Source: Bryobacterales bacterium
GTDB taxonomy: Bacteria > Acidobacteriota > Terriglobia > Bryobacterales > Bryobacteraceae
Reading direction: 5' to 3'
DNA length: 64,000 bases
NCBI GenBank assembly: GCA_963733465.1
Contig: CAVTDS010000001.1
Span: 137,994-201,993 of the forward strand
Position numbers and translations under genes: made by a program. The notes below the pieces were generated by a model that had not been told where the DNA came from, did no database searches, and was given only the letters and a program-made list of their open reading frames with translations. Shown here one piece after another: positions 1 to 8,822 of the stretch; the first letter of the stretch is position 1, and every line of letters begins with the position of its first letter.

Positions 1-1196
1 CGCAGCGTGGCGAAGGGCCGCGGGGAGCCGCCGCCGATGGCTTCGCCGAGCGAGCCGGTGATGAACTCACGATCGAGATCCCAAATGGTGAGGCCGTACT
101 TGGCGGGATCGAGCTCCGGGTGGTAACTGGGCTCGGAGCCGAGCGGATCGAGATCGGCGATCAGGTGGCCGCGCACGCGGTAGGCGTTGACGATCTGCAG
201 GACCGCGGCCTGCTGTGCAACCTGCGATCCGCCCTGGCCGCCGGGGGCGAACGCGCCGCGGTCCGGTTCCCAGCGCACGGGCTGATAGGGCAGACGCAGG
301 TCGGCGAAGATGGCGTCGTAGAAATTGTCCAGGCCTTCGAGCAACCCCTGCACCTTGGCCAGGAAGAGGCCGGATTCCGCGCCCTGGATCACGCGATGGT
401 CGTAAGTGCAGGTGATCGTCATGACCTTGCTGATGCCGATGAGCGCGCGCGTATCGGGCGCTGCGCCGCGGTACTCGGCCGGGTAGTCGATAGCGCCGGT
501 GGCGATGATGGCGCCCTGCCCCGGCATCAGGCGGGGGATGGAGGCGACGGTGCCGACTGTACCGGGGTTGGTGAGCGAAATGGTGGTGCCTTCGAAATCC
601 GTGACGGCGAGCTTGGCAGTGCGGGCGCGGCGGATCGTATCGTCGAAGGCCGCGACGAACTGCTGGAAATCGAGCGCGCCGGCGTTCTTGATGTTGGGCA
701 CGACCAGCGCATGCGCGCCGTCCTTGCCGGCGATATCGACCGCAACGCCGAGATTGATTTCGGGCGGGACGCGGCGATGCGGCTGGCCCTCGCGCTCGGC
801 ATAGGCGCTGTTGAGATTGGGGAAGCTCGCCAGCGCCTTCACAATGGCCCAGGAGATCAGGTGGGTGTAGGAGACCTTGTCGCGGCCCACCAGCGTGAGG
901 TGCTGGTTGATGATGGTGCGGTTCTCGTCGACCACTTTGACCGGGATGGTGCGCTGCGACGTGGCAGTGGGCACGGCGAGGCTCGCGTCCATGTTGCCTG
1001 CAAGACGTGCGGCGGCGCCGCGGAGAGGCTGCAAGCCGGGGTCCGCTCCCTCGCGGTCGCTGCTCAGCACAGGGGAGGAGGTGGAAGATCCGTTCGATTC
1101 GAACACGTGTTTCCAGCTTTCGTTGACGGTGGTGTGGTCGTGCAGGTATTCCTGATACAGCTCGTCCTGGAGCCAGGCGTTGATGCCCTCAGCCAT
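1..1196 (-). CDS. kgd: 2-oxoglutarate decarboxylase/dehydrogenase, Kgd/OdhA type (E2-like acyltransferase domain fused N-terminal to E1). Only the 5' part is in the window; the gene continues past the window start.
   Basis: Absent from the ORF track because it runs off the window. The reverse complement from the ATG at 1196 reads MAEGINAWLQDELYQEYL...LRGAAARLAGNMDASLAVPTATSQRTIPVKV...SLTNPGTVGTVASIPRLMPGQGAIIATGAI...TCTYDHRVIQGAESG...IVNAYRVRGHLIADLDPLG. This is colinear with the mycobacterial Kgd N-terminus as I remember it. Confidence 0.8.
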   Translation of the reverse strand, partial: MAEGINAWLQDELYQEYLHDHTTVNESWKHVFESNGSSTSSPVLSSDREGADPGLQPLRGAAARLAGNMDASLAVPTATSQRTIPVKVVDENRTIINQHLTLVGRDKVSYTHLISWAIVKALASFPNLNSAYAEREGQPHRRVPPEINLGVAVDIAGKDGAHALVVPNIKNAGALDFQQFVAAFDDTIRRARTAKLAVTDFEGTTISLTNPGTVGTVASIPRLMPGQGAIIATGAIDYPAEYRGAAPDTRALIGISKVMTITCTYDHRVIQGAESGLFLAKVQGLLEGLDNFYDAIFADLRLPYQPVRWEPDRGAFAPGGQGGSQVAQQAAVLQIVNAYRVRGHLIADLDPLGSEPSYHPELDPAKYGLTIWDLDREFITGSLGEAIGGGSPRPFATL

Positions 1197-1508
1197 AACA
1201 ATCCCCGTCTGGTTCTATGATAGCGGAGGGGAAGCGGAGGCGATCAGGCGGCGCTGGTCCGGCCGGGCCAACCGTCGTCCTCGACGCACTCCCGAGTACG
1301 GCTTGTGTTGCGCAGTCCGCCGAACGGTATCCACGATCGGGAGACGATTCTGGTCGAGTACCTCGATGATCCAAAGGGCGAGCTCGGCCGATGGGTTCAT
1401 AACGGGTGTGAGGTCTCGAGGGCCGGGTGCGCGTTTCGGCCGCGCAGCAGGCGCGTAGCGTAGCGCCCATGTCAACGAGCGCCAGTCGCCTCGCACCCGC
1501 CGGAGAGA

Positions 1509-2315
1509 TCACCGGCCCATCTGATGATCGCGATACCGCTTCTCGATCATGTCTAGCGACTTGCCAAAATGCGTCCGACCGGGATACTTCGCTTCGAATT
1601 CGCGCTCGATGTCGGCGGGTGACCTTTCAACGTAATCGCCCGGAGTCTGGAAGAGGGCATCCGATGGGTCCCCTAACTGCAGTTCCGTGACCTCGAACTC
1701 GTTATGGGCCCCTCCGGGTGCCTTCGCGCTCCGCCGCAGCTCAAGACACCCCAAGTCCGGAGCGACCCAGACGAAGGTTCCCCACCGGCGATCGGAGAGG
1801 TTGACGCGGCGTACGTCGTGGCCGAGCACAAAGTGTATCTCCCCAGTGTTGGGAGCTTGAGTGTCAAGGGCCGTGCGAACGGCTGGTGCGCTGCAACCAT
1901 CCTGCTCCGCCCTTCTGGAGTTCACCTCCGCGTCGGTGAGATAGTACGTCGAAACGGACTTCGTAAACGGTTCGGCGATCGTTTCACGCCTGGCTCGAAG
2001 GTCGCTGATCACAATGACTTCGCCGGGCTCGCCACGCGGCGAAAGAGCATCGAACCTCTCAACAATCGAACCGTCAGACCTCCGGGCCATGAGTCGATCG
2101 GTCACAGACTTCTCTGTGTCGCCTGAAGACGCGAAGTAGACCTCGTTTCTCCGCGCGGTGAATGGCTGAACGGCAGCAGTACTCTGCGCGGCGCCTACGG
2201 CAGAGCTGGCGTGCGCGTGGGCGGGCGTCGCGTGACATCCAACGAACGCGGCGACCCCGAAGGAGGCTGCCCCGCATAGGAGCCAGCCCGACATCGTCTT
2301 CAGTTTCGTTGACAT
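1509..2315 (-). CDS. hypothetical secreted protein or lipoprotein
   Basis: I trimmed track ORF 1509..2621 to the internal ATG at 2315 (MSTKLKTMSGWLLCGAASFGVAAFVGC...), which has a signal-peptide-like N-terminus and a GGGGGTGG RBS-like run upstream. The longer version would overlap the upstream gene. I recognise no domain. Confidence 0.55.
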   Translation of the reverse strand: MSTKLKTMSGWLLCGAASFGVAAFVGCHATPAHAHASSAVGAAQSTAAVQPFTARRNEVYFASSGDTEKSVTDRLMARRSDGSIVERFDALSPRGEPGEVIVISDLRARRETIAEPFTKSVSTYYLTDAEVNSRRAEQDGCSAPAVRTALDTQAPNTGEIHFVLGHDVRRVNLSDRRWGTFVWVAPDLGCLELRRSAKAPGGAHNEFEVTELQLGDPSDALFQTPGDYVERSPADIEREFEAKYPGRTHFGKSLDMIEKRYRDHQMGR

Positions 2316-2325
2316 AAGCCACCCC

Positions 2326-2691
2326 CTATTGACAGCTATTCTGGCAAAGGCTGTACTGCTGGGAACCGTCCTGGCACACAGATTGATCCTGCTGGCACTG
2401 TTCAGCCGAGGAACTGATTCCCTTGCAGCTCTTGCAAGTATCATACCGGCACCAGCCCGGTATTCCAACCTTATTCGGCCCGCAGGAACACGCCGATGTG
2501 CCATCGCTGCTAACGCCCTTATACGTGCACTGGTGGCTAGCCTGCGCCCCCAGGGGCGGGTTCTCGACGTAGTTGCACTCCTCAGTGCAGTTGCCTCCGC
2601 CGCAGGTCTGGGCACGGGCAAGATGCTGTCCCCACCACAGGCCCGCCGAACTTATGAGTCCTAAACATACGACCATAAGGATCTTTCTCAT
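2326..2691 (-). CDS. small secreted cysteine-rich protein (about 94-aa mature, 13 Cys)
   Basis: ATG at 2691 is preceded by GGGAGGAGG. The product starts MRKILMVVCLGLISSAGLWWGQHLARAQ (signal peptide) and continues TCGGGNCTEECNY...CSCGPNKVGIPGWCRYDTCKSCK...CQNSCQ. Confidence 0.6.
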   Translation of the reverse strand: MRKILMVVCLGLISSAGLWWGQHLARAQTCGGGNCTEECNYVENPPLGAQASHQCTYKGVSSDGTSACSCGPNKVGIPGWCRYDTCKSCKGISSSAEQCQQDQSVCQDGSQQYSLCQNSCQ

Positions 2692-2817
2692 CTGTACCTC
2701 CTCCCGTGCCTTCGCGACTCCAGATTCATCGAGCCGTCCGTTGGGACGATCCGGTTCCCCCCTGAGGCGCTCCTGTTCCCCGGACAATGGCTGTGGTCAC
2801 GTCGCTTTTCTACTCCT

Positions 2818-3729
2818 TCACGGCTTCGTCGTCCCGCTGCTTCCGGTCTGCAAGAACACGTCATAACAGGTGTTGTGACTCAGACCAGCCTCGTCCCAGA
2901 TCTTCGCGCGGTATCGGAACTCGTTTCCGAATGGGTCCACGTAACGCCACAGTCGATAGTTCAAGCTAATCTTCCCAATCCCAAGTTCCTTCAGTGTGTG
3001 CAACTCTCCGGGTTCGCTGATCCCGTTGTGGTTGGCGTCGATCCACACGCGCAGCTTGCCATAGATTGCGTCGCCAGGATCTATGAACCCGTTGCCGTTG
3101 CCGCCATTCGCGGGATCGTCGAACACGGCCAGCGCGAGGTATCCGTTAGGCGCGTTCGAGGAAGGCTGGGGTGTCATGTTGCCGAACAGCTCGGCGCCGC
3201 TCGTGATCTTCCCGTCCCCGTCTCTATCCAACGCCAGAAAGCCGTTGCTGTAATTCGGGCCGGTCCACGCCACTTGGGCGGCCGGCTTACCGGGCACCAT
3301 GGCGAACTTGACGCCATGTGCCACGTCCGTAAGGTGAAACCCTTCGCCCTTCGTGTCGATAATAATCGGGCTTTCGGGCGTGCATGCCCAGCCCGACATC
3401 GTGCAATAGTCGCCGTACAGGCACGAATCCAACCATTCTGGTGGAGGGTAGGAGCACCCGGCCGAACCGTCGCTGCACTTCCATCCGCCGTCGGTGCATT
3501 CCTGCTGTGCGCCATCCGGGCATTCATACTCGGGAGGAGGGACGGCGCATCCGGACGAGCCATCGCTGCACTGCCAGGTCCCGCTGCTGCTATTGCACTC
3601 CAAGTTGACGTTGGGAGGGCAGGCTATTTGCGGGTTGGAAGGGCATGTTTGGCACGACTGAGCGAGCAAATAGGACGAAAGCGCTAAAATGCCGACGATG
3701 GTGATCAACAACGCCAGTGCTGACCGCAT
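2818..3729 (-). CDS. secreted protein with a Cys-rich N-terminal repeat module and a C-terminal EF-hand/dockerin-like Ca-binding region
   Basis: Signal peptide MRSALALLITIVGILALSSYLLAQ. Internal repeat W[QK]CSDGS[SA]GC..PPPE[YW]. Asp/Gly loops LDRDGDGKITSGAELFG, DPANGGNGNGFIDPGD and DANHNGISEPGELHTL. Confidence 0.75.
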   Translation of the reverse strand: MRSALALLITIVGILALSSYLLAQSCQTCPSNPQIACPPNVNLECNSSSGTWQCSDGSSGCAVPPPEYECPDGAQQECTDGGWKCSDGSAGCSYPPPEWLDSCLYGDYCTMSGWACTPESPIIIDTKGEGFHLTDVAHGVKFAMVPGKPAAQVAWTGPNYSNGFLALDRDGDGKITSGAELFGNMTPQPSSNAPNGYLALAVFDDPANGGNGNGFIDPGDAIYGKLRVWIDANHNGISEPGELHTLKELGIGKISLNYRLWRYVDPFGNEFRYRAKIWDEAGLSHNTCYDVFLQTGSSGTTKP

Positions 3730-3769
3730 AGGCCCCCTCTTGCAGCAAGAACTGTGATACTACAAGATC

Positions 3770-3798
3770 TTAATATATCCGGGGGGGGGGATTGTCAA
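3770..3798 (-). promoter_or_regulatory. sigma70-like promoter for gene 2818..3729, with the C10 tract inside the spacer
   Basis: The minus strand reads TTGACA(3798-3793)-AT-C10-GG-A-TATATT(3777-3772), a 15-nt spacer. The alternative is TTGACA-N17-TATTAA (3775-3770). The ATG lies about 43 nt downstream, preceded by AGAGGGGG. Confidence 0.4.
3781..3790. repeat. homopolymeric G10 tract (C10 on the strand of the gene it precedes)
   Basis: Read directly from the sequence: ...taatatatcc gggggggggg attgtcaaca... Confidence 0.95.
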
Positions 3799-3942
3799 CA
3801 AAAATCTTGCGAATTGTCAGCTATGTGCTAGTCAATCCACTCATTCCCGGCGTGATACTGCGCGGCATTCCACCTATAGCCGGTCCACGACTGTCCATTT
3901 TCCGCGACTCTTCCAGGCGGCGGCCGCAGGCCAAGTCCGGCT

Positions 3943-4938
3943 TCAGGCCACTCTCGGCTCGACCCAGCCCGCTTCCCTCTCGGACCTGAAGATCGCCTCG
4001 ATCACCGCCATATTCCGGATCGAATCCTCGAGCGGCGTCGGCACGTCGCCCTCGCCGCGGACGGCCTTCGAGAAGAGGTCGCCCTGGATGGTGTACTGAT
4101 TCGCGATGAATTCCTCGGTGCGGATGCCCGCCGCGGTGTCGATGAAGATGCGCGTGGCGCGGTCGAGGGGCGCGTTGAAGGGAATTTCCATCTCGATGCG
4201 GCCGCGCGCGCCAATGATCTGGACGCGCTGGAAGGGGTACATCTGCATGCTGCACGTGAAGACAGACTGGCCGCTGGGGAAATCGAGCAGGGCCGAGGCA
4301 AGGCTATCGATGCGCATCTCGGGATCGCGCTCGAGGAGGCTGGACACGCGTGTGGGCTCCGCGCCGAAGAAGTAGCGGGCCGCCTGGACGGCGTAGCAGC
4401 CGAGGTCCATCAGGCCGCCGCCGCCGAATTCCAGAATGTTCCGGACGTTGGCCGGGTCGCGGCCGAAGAAGCTGAACGATGTCTCGATGGCGCTCAGCGG
4501 CCCGATCTCGCCGGAGCGGACCAGTTCGCGCGCGCGAATCCACTGGGGATGTGTGCGCACCATGAACGCCTCGCCCATCTTGACGCCGGTGCGATCGCGC
4601 GCTTCGATCAGCGTGCGGCACTCGGCAACCGTGAGCGACACGGGCTTCTCCACCAGCACGTGCTTGCCGGCTTGGGCGGCGCGAATCGACCAGGGCACGT
4701 GCAGGTGATTGGGCAGAGGGTTGTAGATGGCTTCGATTTCGGGATCTGCGATCAGCTCTTCGTAGGAGCCGTAGGCCTTGGGAATCCCGTGGGCCGACGC
4801 GGCGCGGCGGGCCTTGTCGAGCGAGCGCGAGGCGATGGCCGCGATTTCAGCGCAAGCGCCGTGCTGCATCGCGGGAATCACTTTCTCGGTTGCGATCTTG
4901 GCGACCCCGAGTACGCCCCAGCGAACTTTGTCGGTCAT
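3943..4938 (-). CDS. Gfo/Idh/MocA family oxidoreductase
   Basis: N-terminal Rossmann motif VRWGVLGVAKIATEKVIPAM and the ...GKHVLVEKP... motif. Full-length ORF of 331 aa. Confidence 0.85.
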   Translation of the reverse strand: MTDKVRWGVLGVAKIATEKVIPAMQHGACAEIAAIASRSLDKARRAASAHGIPKAYGSYEELIADPEIEAIYNPLPNHLHVPWSIRAAQAGKHVLVEKPVSLTVAECRTLIEARDRTGVKMGEAFMVRTHPQWIRARELVRSGEIGPLSAIETSFSFFGRDPANVRNILEFGGGGLMDLGCYAVQAARYFFGAEPTRVSSLLERDPEMRIDSLASALLDFPSGQSVFTCSMQMYPFQRVQIIGARGRIEMEIPFNAPLDRATRIFIDTAAGIRTEEFIANQYTIQGDLFSKAVRGEGDVPTPLEDSIRNMAVIEAIFRSEREAGWVEPRVA

Positions 4939-4948
4939 AGACGGCTCC

Positions 4949-7642
4949 TTATCCAGTTGTTTTCAGGCCGCCGGCGATGGCGTTGACCGTCACCAGGAGC
5001 GGCGGCAGAAGGTGCTCGGCGCGGGAACTGCGCCATTCGCGAAGCAGGGCGATCTGCTCGCGGTGGAGGCGGAGCAGGGCTTCGCGGCGTATGGCGATGG
5101 CTTTGACCAGGCGCGGGCGGCGCTGCTCGATGGGCCCACCCCCGAAGAGCTCGGCCAGGATGGCGCGGGTGCGCCGGTGCTCGTCGAGAATGCGCGCCAG
5201 GATGGCGTCGCGGAGACTTGCGTCTTCGACCAGCGCGGCGTACTCGGTCATGATCCCTTCGTCGGCGGCTTCCACGCTGAACTCGATATTGTGCAGCAGG
5301 TAGTTGAGGAACGGCCAGTCGCTAGCGGCGTTCGAGAGCGTGCGCCAGGCGGCCGGATCGGTCTCGCGGACGCGCTCGAAGGCGCTTCCCGCACCGTACC
5401 AGCCGGGGAGATTGAAGCGGGCCTGGCTCCAACTGAAGACCCAGGGGATGGCGCGTAGGTCGTCGATGGTGCGCTGGCCGGTGCGTCGCGAGGGGCGCGA
5501 GCCGATGTGGCTGGATTCGATGGCGTCGAGCGGAGTGGCTTGGGAGAAGAACTCGACGAAGCGGTCGGTGTCGATGAGGCAGCGGTAGGCGTCGCGGCTG
5601 GCGAGGGCCACTTGTTCGAAGAAGGCCTCTGCGGGATGCGGCGTGCCATGCCCGGCGGTCTGGTGGACTAGCGTCCAGCGGGCGACGCCGGCCAGCATGC
5701 GCTCCAGGTGGTGGGCGGCGGTGAGGCGGTTGGCGTATTTCTGTGCGATGACTTCGCCCTGCTCAGTGACGCGCATTTCGCCTTCGAGCGTTCCGGGGGC
5801 GAGGGATTCGAGAAAAACGTGGGTGGGGCCGGCGCCGCGTCCAATGGTGCCTCCGCGGCCGTGGAAGAAACGCAGCTCCACTCCGGCGGCGCGGGCTGCT
5901 GCGGCGAGCTGGATCTGCGCCTTGCGAATGAACCAGTGGCTGGCGAGAATTCCGCCGTCCTTGTTGCTGTCGCTGTAACCGATCATGACTTCCTGGAGCA
6001 GGCAGCGTCGGTCTTCGCGCCGCTGCAGATGGCGCAGCGAACGCATGGCCATGGGGTGGGCGAGGAACTCGGAGAGAACGCTGCCCGCGTGCGCGAGATC
6101 GTCGATGGTCTCAAACAGCGGCGTGATCGCAATCTCCGAGACGAGGCCATCGGGCGCGGCGCGGACGAGGCCGGCTTCGCGGGCGAGCAGGTACACGTTG
6201 AGCAGGTCGGATGCCCCGTGAGTCATGCTCACGATCAGCGAGCCGATGGCGGCGTGGCCGTGCAGCGCGGTCCAGTCGCGCACCAGGCGGAGGACGCCAA
6301 CCGCGGCATCGGCCTCGAGAGGCAGCGCGGCGGTCTCGACGGCGAAGGGCCGGGGCGAGGCCAGTTCGCGGTCCAGAAGCCGGCGCTTGCGGGCTTCGCT
6401 CCACTCCGGGTAGCCGGCGCCATCCAGGCCGGCGATGGAGAGCAACTGTTCCACCGCGGTGCTGTGGAACGCGCCACTCTGGCGGATGTCGAGCGCGGCG
6501 AGGTGAAAGCCGAAAGTGGCGGCGATCCGAGCGATCGGAGCGACTTCGTCCAGGGCGATGCGCCCGGCGCCAACTTCTTCGAGGGATGCACGAAGCAGGC
6601 GGAGGTCGTCTTCGAGTTCCACGGCGCGCGCGTAGTTGCGCAGGCCGATCAGGTGGACCATCTGCCGCCAGGGCTCGCCGGCGTAGCGATCCACCAGCGC
6701 GCGGCCCGCGTCATCCAGGGCGCCGCGGTAAAGCGCGATGCGGGCGGCGAGCGCGGGCGGCGGTGGCTGTAGCGCCTCCGAAAGGCTCAACCGGCCGGCC
6801 AGCGATTCGATGCGTCGATGAAGCACCGAGAGCGCGCCGGCGTGAAGCGCTTCGAGCGTGCGGCGAGTGACCTCTGTGGTGACGAAGGGGTGGCCGTCGC
6901 GATCGCCGCCCACCCAGTTGCCGAAAGTGACGCGGGGCTCGGACGGCGGCTCGGTGCCGGGAAAGGCCCAGAGCCAGGACTGGCGGAACCGCTCCCATAC
7001 CAGGTCGACCACGTCGGGAAAGACGCTGGTGAGGTAGTGCAGCACGTTGCGCAGCTCGGAATCTACGTCGGGGCGTTCGAAGAAGATTTCGCCGGTGCGC
7101 CACAGACGCTCCAGGCCGGCCTCGATGCGCTCGCGGAGCGTGGCCTGCTCCATGGGGCTGCGGTTGGGGCTCTCGCGCTCGACCAGGAGGAGGTAGAGCT
7201 CGCGATGGCGATCGAGGACCGACGCGCGCTTGGCTTCGGTGGGGTGTGCCGTCAGCACGGGCTGCACGTGAACGCGTGGCAGGACGCGGCGTATGTCGCC
7301 GGCGGTGAAGCCGGCATCGCGGAGGAGCTGCAACTGGTGCGGCCATGCACCGGGCTCGCTGGCGGGGCCATTGAGGTTCTCCCGCATGCGGCGGACCTGG
7401 TTGACCGTGTTCTCCTCAGCCATGTTGAGCAGGTGGAAGGCGACCGAGAGGGCCTGCGATCCGCGCGGCGGCAAGCGGTCGCCGGGCGCGGGCGGAACGG
7501 CGAAGGCTCTTCCGACGAGCCCGGCGAGGTCGCGCTCCCCGATAGAGGTAAGCACGTCGCGGAAGCGCTCGAGCAGGAACAGGAAGTCGTCGTCCCACTT
7601 CTGAAAGCCGGTTTGGCGGAGGGTAGAGCGGTCTGGTGGCAT
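4949..7642 (-). CDS. ppc: phosphoenolpyruvate carboxylase
   Basis: Motifs VLTAHPTEAKR, GYSDSNKDGG, FHGRGGTIGRGAGP and C-terminal NAIAGGLKTTG. I trimmed track ORF 4949..8896 to the ATG at 7642 (MPPDRSTLRQ...), because the extension overlaps the opposite-strand binding-protein gene. Confidence 0.93.
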   Translation of the reverse strand: MPPDRSTLRQTGFQKWDDDFLFLLERFRDVLTSIGERDLAGLVGRAFAVPPAPGDRLPPRGSQALSVAFHLLNMAEENTVNQVRRMRENLNGPASEPGAWPHQLQLLRDAGFTAGDIRRVLPRVHVQPVLTAHPTEAKRASVLDRHRELYLLLVERESPNRSPMEQATLRERIEAGLERLWRTGEIFFERPDVDSELRNVLHYLTSVFPDVVDLVWERFRQSWLWAFPGTEPPSEPRVTFGNWVGGDRDGHPFVTTEVTRRTLEALHAGALSVLHRRIESLAGRLSLSEALQPPPPALAARIALYRGALDDAGRALVDRYAGEPWRQMVHLIGLRNYARAVELEDDLRLLRASLEEVGAGRIALDEVAPIARIAATFGFHLAALDIRQSGAFHSTAVEQLLSIAGLDGAGYPEWSEARKRRLLDRELASPRPFAVETAALPLEADAAVGVLRLVRDWTALHGHAAIGSLIVSMTHGASDLLNVYLLAREAGLVRAAPDGLVSEIAITPLFETIDDLAHAGSVLSEFLAHPMAMRSLRHLQRREDRRCLLQEVMIGYSDSNKDGGILASHWFIRKAQIQLAAAARAAGVELRFFHGRGGTIGRGAGPTHVFLESLAPGTLEGEMRVTEQGEVIAQKYANRLTAAHHLERMLAGVARWTLVHQTAGHGTPHPAEAFFEQVALASRDAYRCLIDTDRFVEFFSQATPLDAIESSHIGSRPSRRTGQRTIDDLRAIPWVFSWSQARFNLPGWYGAGSAFERVRETDPAAWRTLSNAASDWPFLNYLLHNIEFSVEAADEGIMTEYAALVEDASLRDAILARILDEHRRTRAILAELFGGGPIEQRRPRLVKAIAIRREALLRLHREQIALLREWRSSRAEHLLPPLLVTVNAIAGGLKTTG

Positions 7643-7723
7643 GAGAGGCGGTAGTTCCAGTATGGCGCGAGAGCCCGGTGCTCGTGTGCGGCGGGCGGGT
7701 CTCGCTCTCGTCCTCGTCTCTCT

Positions 7724-7769
7724 GGGCACCATCCGACATGGACACCATCCGACTGGGCACCATCCGACT
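7724..7769. repeat. three tandem ~15-bp direct repeats GGrCACCATCCGACw in the ppc / binding-protein divergent intergenic region
   Basis: gggcaccatccgacat / ggacaccatccgact / gggcaccatccgact, read directly from the sequence. Confidence 0.85.
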
Positions 7770-7816
7770 CGACGAGCGCGTCGCGGTTGGTCTATACTGA
7801 CATTCCGGCCACTTCC

Positions 7817-8821
7817 ATGTCTAAATTGAACAAGCTCCTTTCCATTCTTACGGCGCCTGTGCTGGTGCTGCCGCTCGTGAGTTGCGGTGGGTCCGCACAC
7901 GATTCGACCGAGCTTTACTACCTCGTCACCGTAAACACGAAGATTTCCTACTGGCAGGCGGCCGCGGCCGGCTTCGGCCAGGCGGCGACCGATCTGAAGG
8001 TCCGGTACGACGTCGTCGGCCCCGACACGTACGATCCGGAAGCCGAGCGCCATGAGTTCATGAAAGCCGTGCAGGAGAAGAAGCCGACTGGCATTCTGGT
8101 TTCGGCCGCCGACTCCGAGCTGCTGAAACCCGCAATCGATGGCGCAATTGCTCAGGGCATTCCCGTCATTACCGTGGATGCCGATGCGCCGGCGAGCAAG
8201 CGTCTGATGTTCATCGGCACGGACAACTACGAGGCGGGCCGGCGAGGCGGCGCTGTCCTGGTCAGGCAACTTCAAGGCAAGGGGAACGTGGTCGTCTTCA
8301 CCATCCCGGAGCAGGCCAATCTGCGGGAGCGGTGGCACGGATACGAGGACGCCCTCAAGGCCAGCCCCGCCATTAAGGTTGTCGAGACGGTGGACGTGAA
8401 GGGCGACCCGCGGATTCCTTTCGACCGCACGATGGAGTTCATTGAGAAGAACCGTGGGGTGGACGCGTTCGTGTGCCTGGAAGCGCAGTCCTGCGCCGAG
8501 GTGGCCGACGTGCTCGACCGCAAGCAGGTGAAGGGCAAGGTCGTCATCGCCATGGACACCGACGCGCGCACGCTGGCGTGGGTCCAGAAGGGCATGATCG
8601 CCGCCACGCTGGCGCAGAGGCCGTACACGATGGCGTACTTCGGGCTGAAGGTGCTCGACATGATTTATCACCAGAAGCCACCGTCGCTTCAGGTGAACTT
8701 CGCCGAGGACACGCGGTCGCCCTTTCCGAGTTTCGTGGATACGGGGGCGACGTTGGTGGACAAGAGCAACGTCAACGCCTTCGTGAAGGCCAACGCGGCG
8801 GCGCCGGCCAGCGGCAGCTAG
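7817..8821 (+). CDS. periplasmic sugar-binding lipoprotein (RbsB/LacI-type periplasmic binding fold), orphan
   Basis: Starts MSKLNKLLSILTAPVLVLPLVSCGG (lipobox). Typical type I PBP pattern ...GILVSAADSELLKPAIDGAIAQGIPVITVDAD...GTDNYEAG.... No permease or ATPase gene is adjacent. Confidence 0.8.
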   Translation: MSKLNKLLSILTAPVLVLPLVSCGGSAHDSTELYYLVTVNTKISYWQAAAAGFGQAATDLKVRYDVVGPDTYDPEAERHEFMKAVQEKKPTGILVSAADSELLKPAIDGAIAQGIPVITVDADAPASKRLMFIGTDNYEAGRRGGAVLVRQLQGKGNVVVFTIPEQANLRERWHGYEDALKASPAIKVVETVDVKGDPRIPFDRTMEFIEKNRGVDAFVCLEAQSCAEVADVLDRKQVKGKVVIAMDTDARTLAWVQKGMIAATLAQRPYTMAYFGLKVLDMIYHQKPPSLQVNFAEDTRSPFPSFVDTGATLVDKSNVNAFVKANAAAPASGS

Positions 8822-8822
8822 C

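Noticed and set aside
120-1220. 366-aa plus-strand ORF covering the start of the window
   Set aside because: It is the antisense shadow of the Kgd-type gene on the minus strand, whose translation shows clear family motifs. The plus-strand product is Ala/Gly/Arg/Asp-rich with no recognisable features, as expected for high-GC antisense frames.
1215-1496. 93-aa minus-strand ORF in the 312-bp gap upstream of kgd (internal MNPSAELALWIIEVLDQNRLPIVD...)
   Set aside because: It has no RBS, no recognisable motif and an Arg-rich tail. It could be a gene remnant, but I cannot support it. The region is more likely the kgd promoter and leader.
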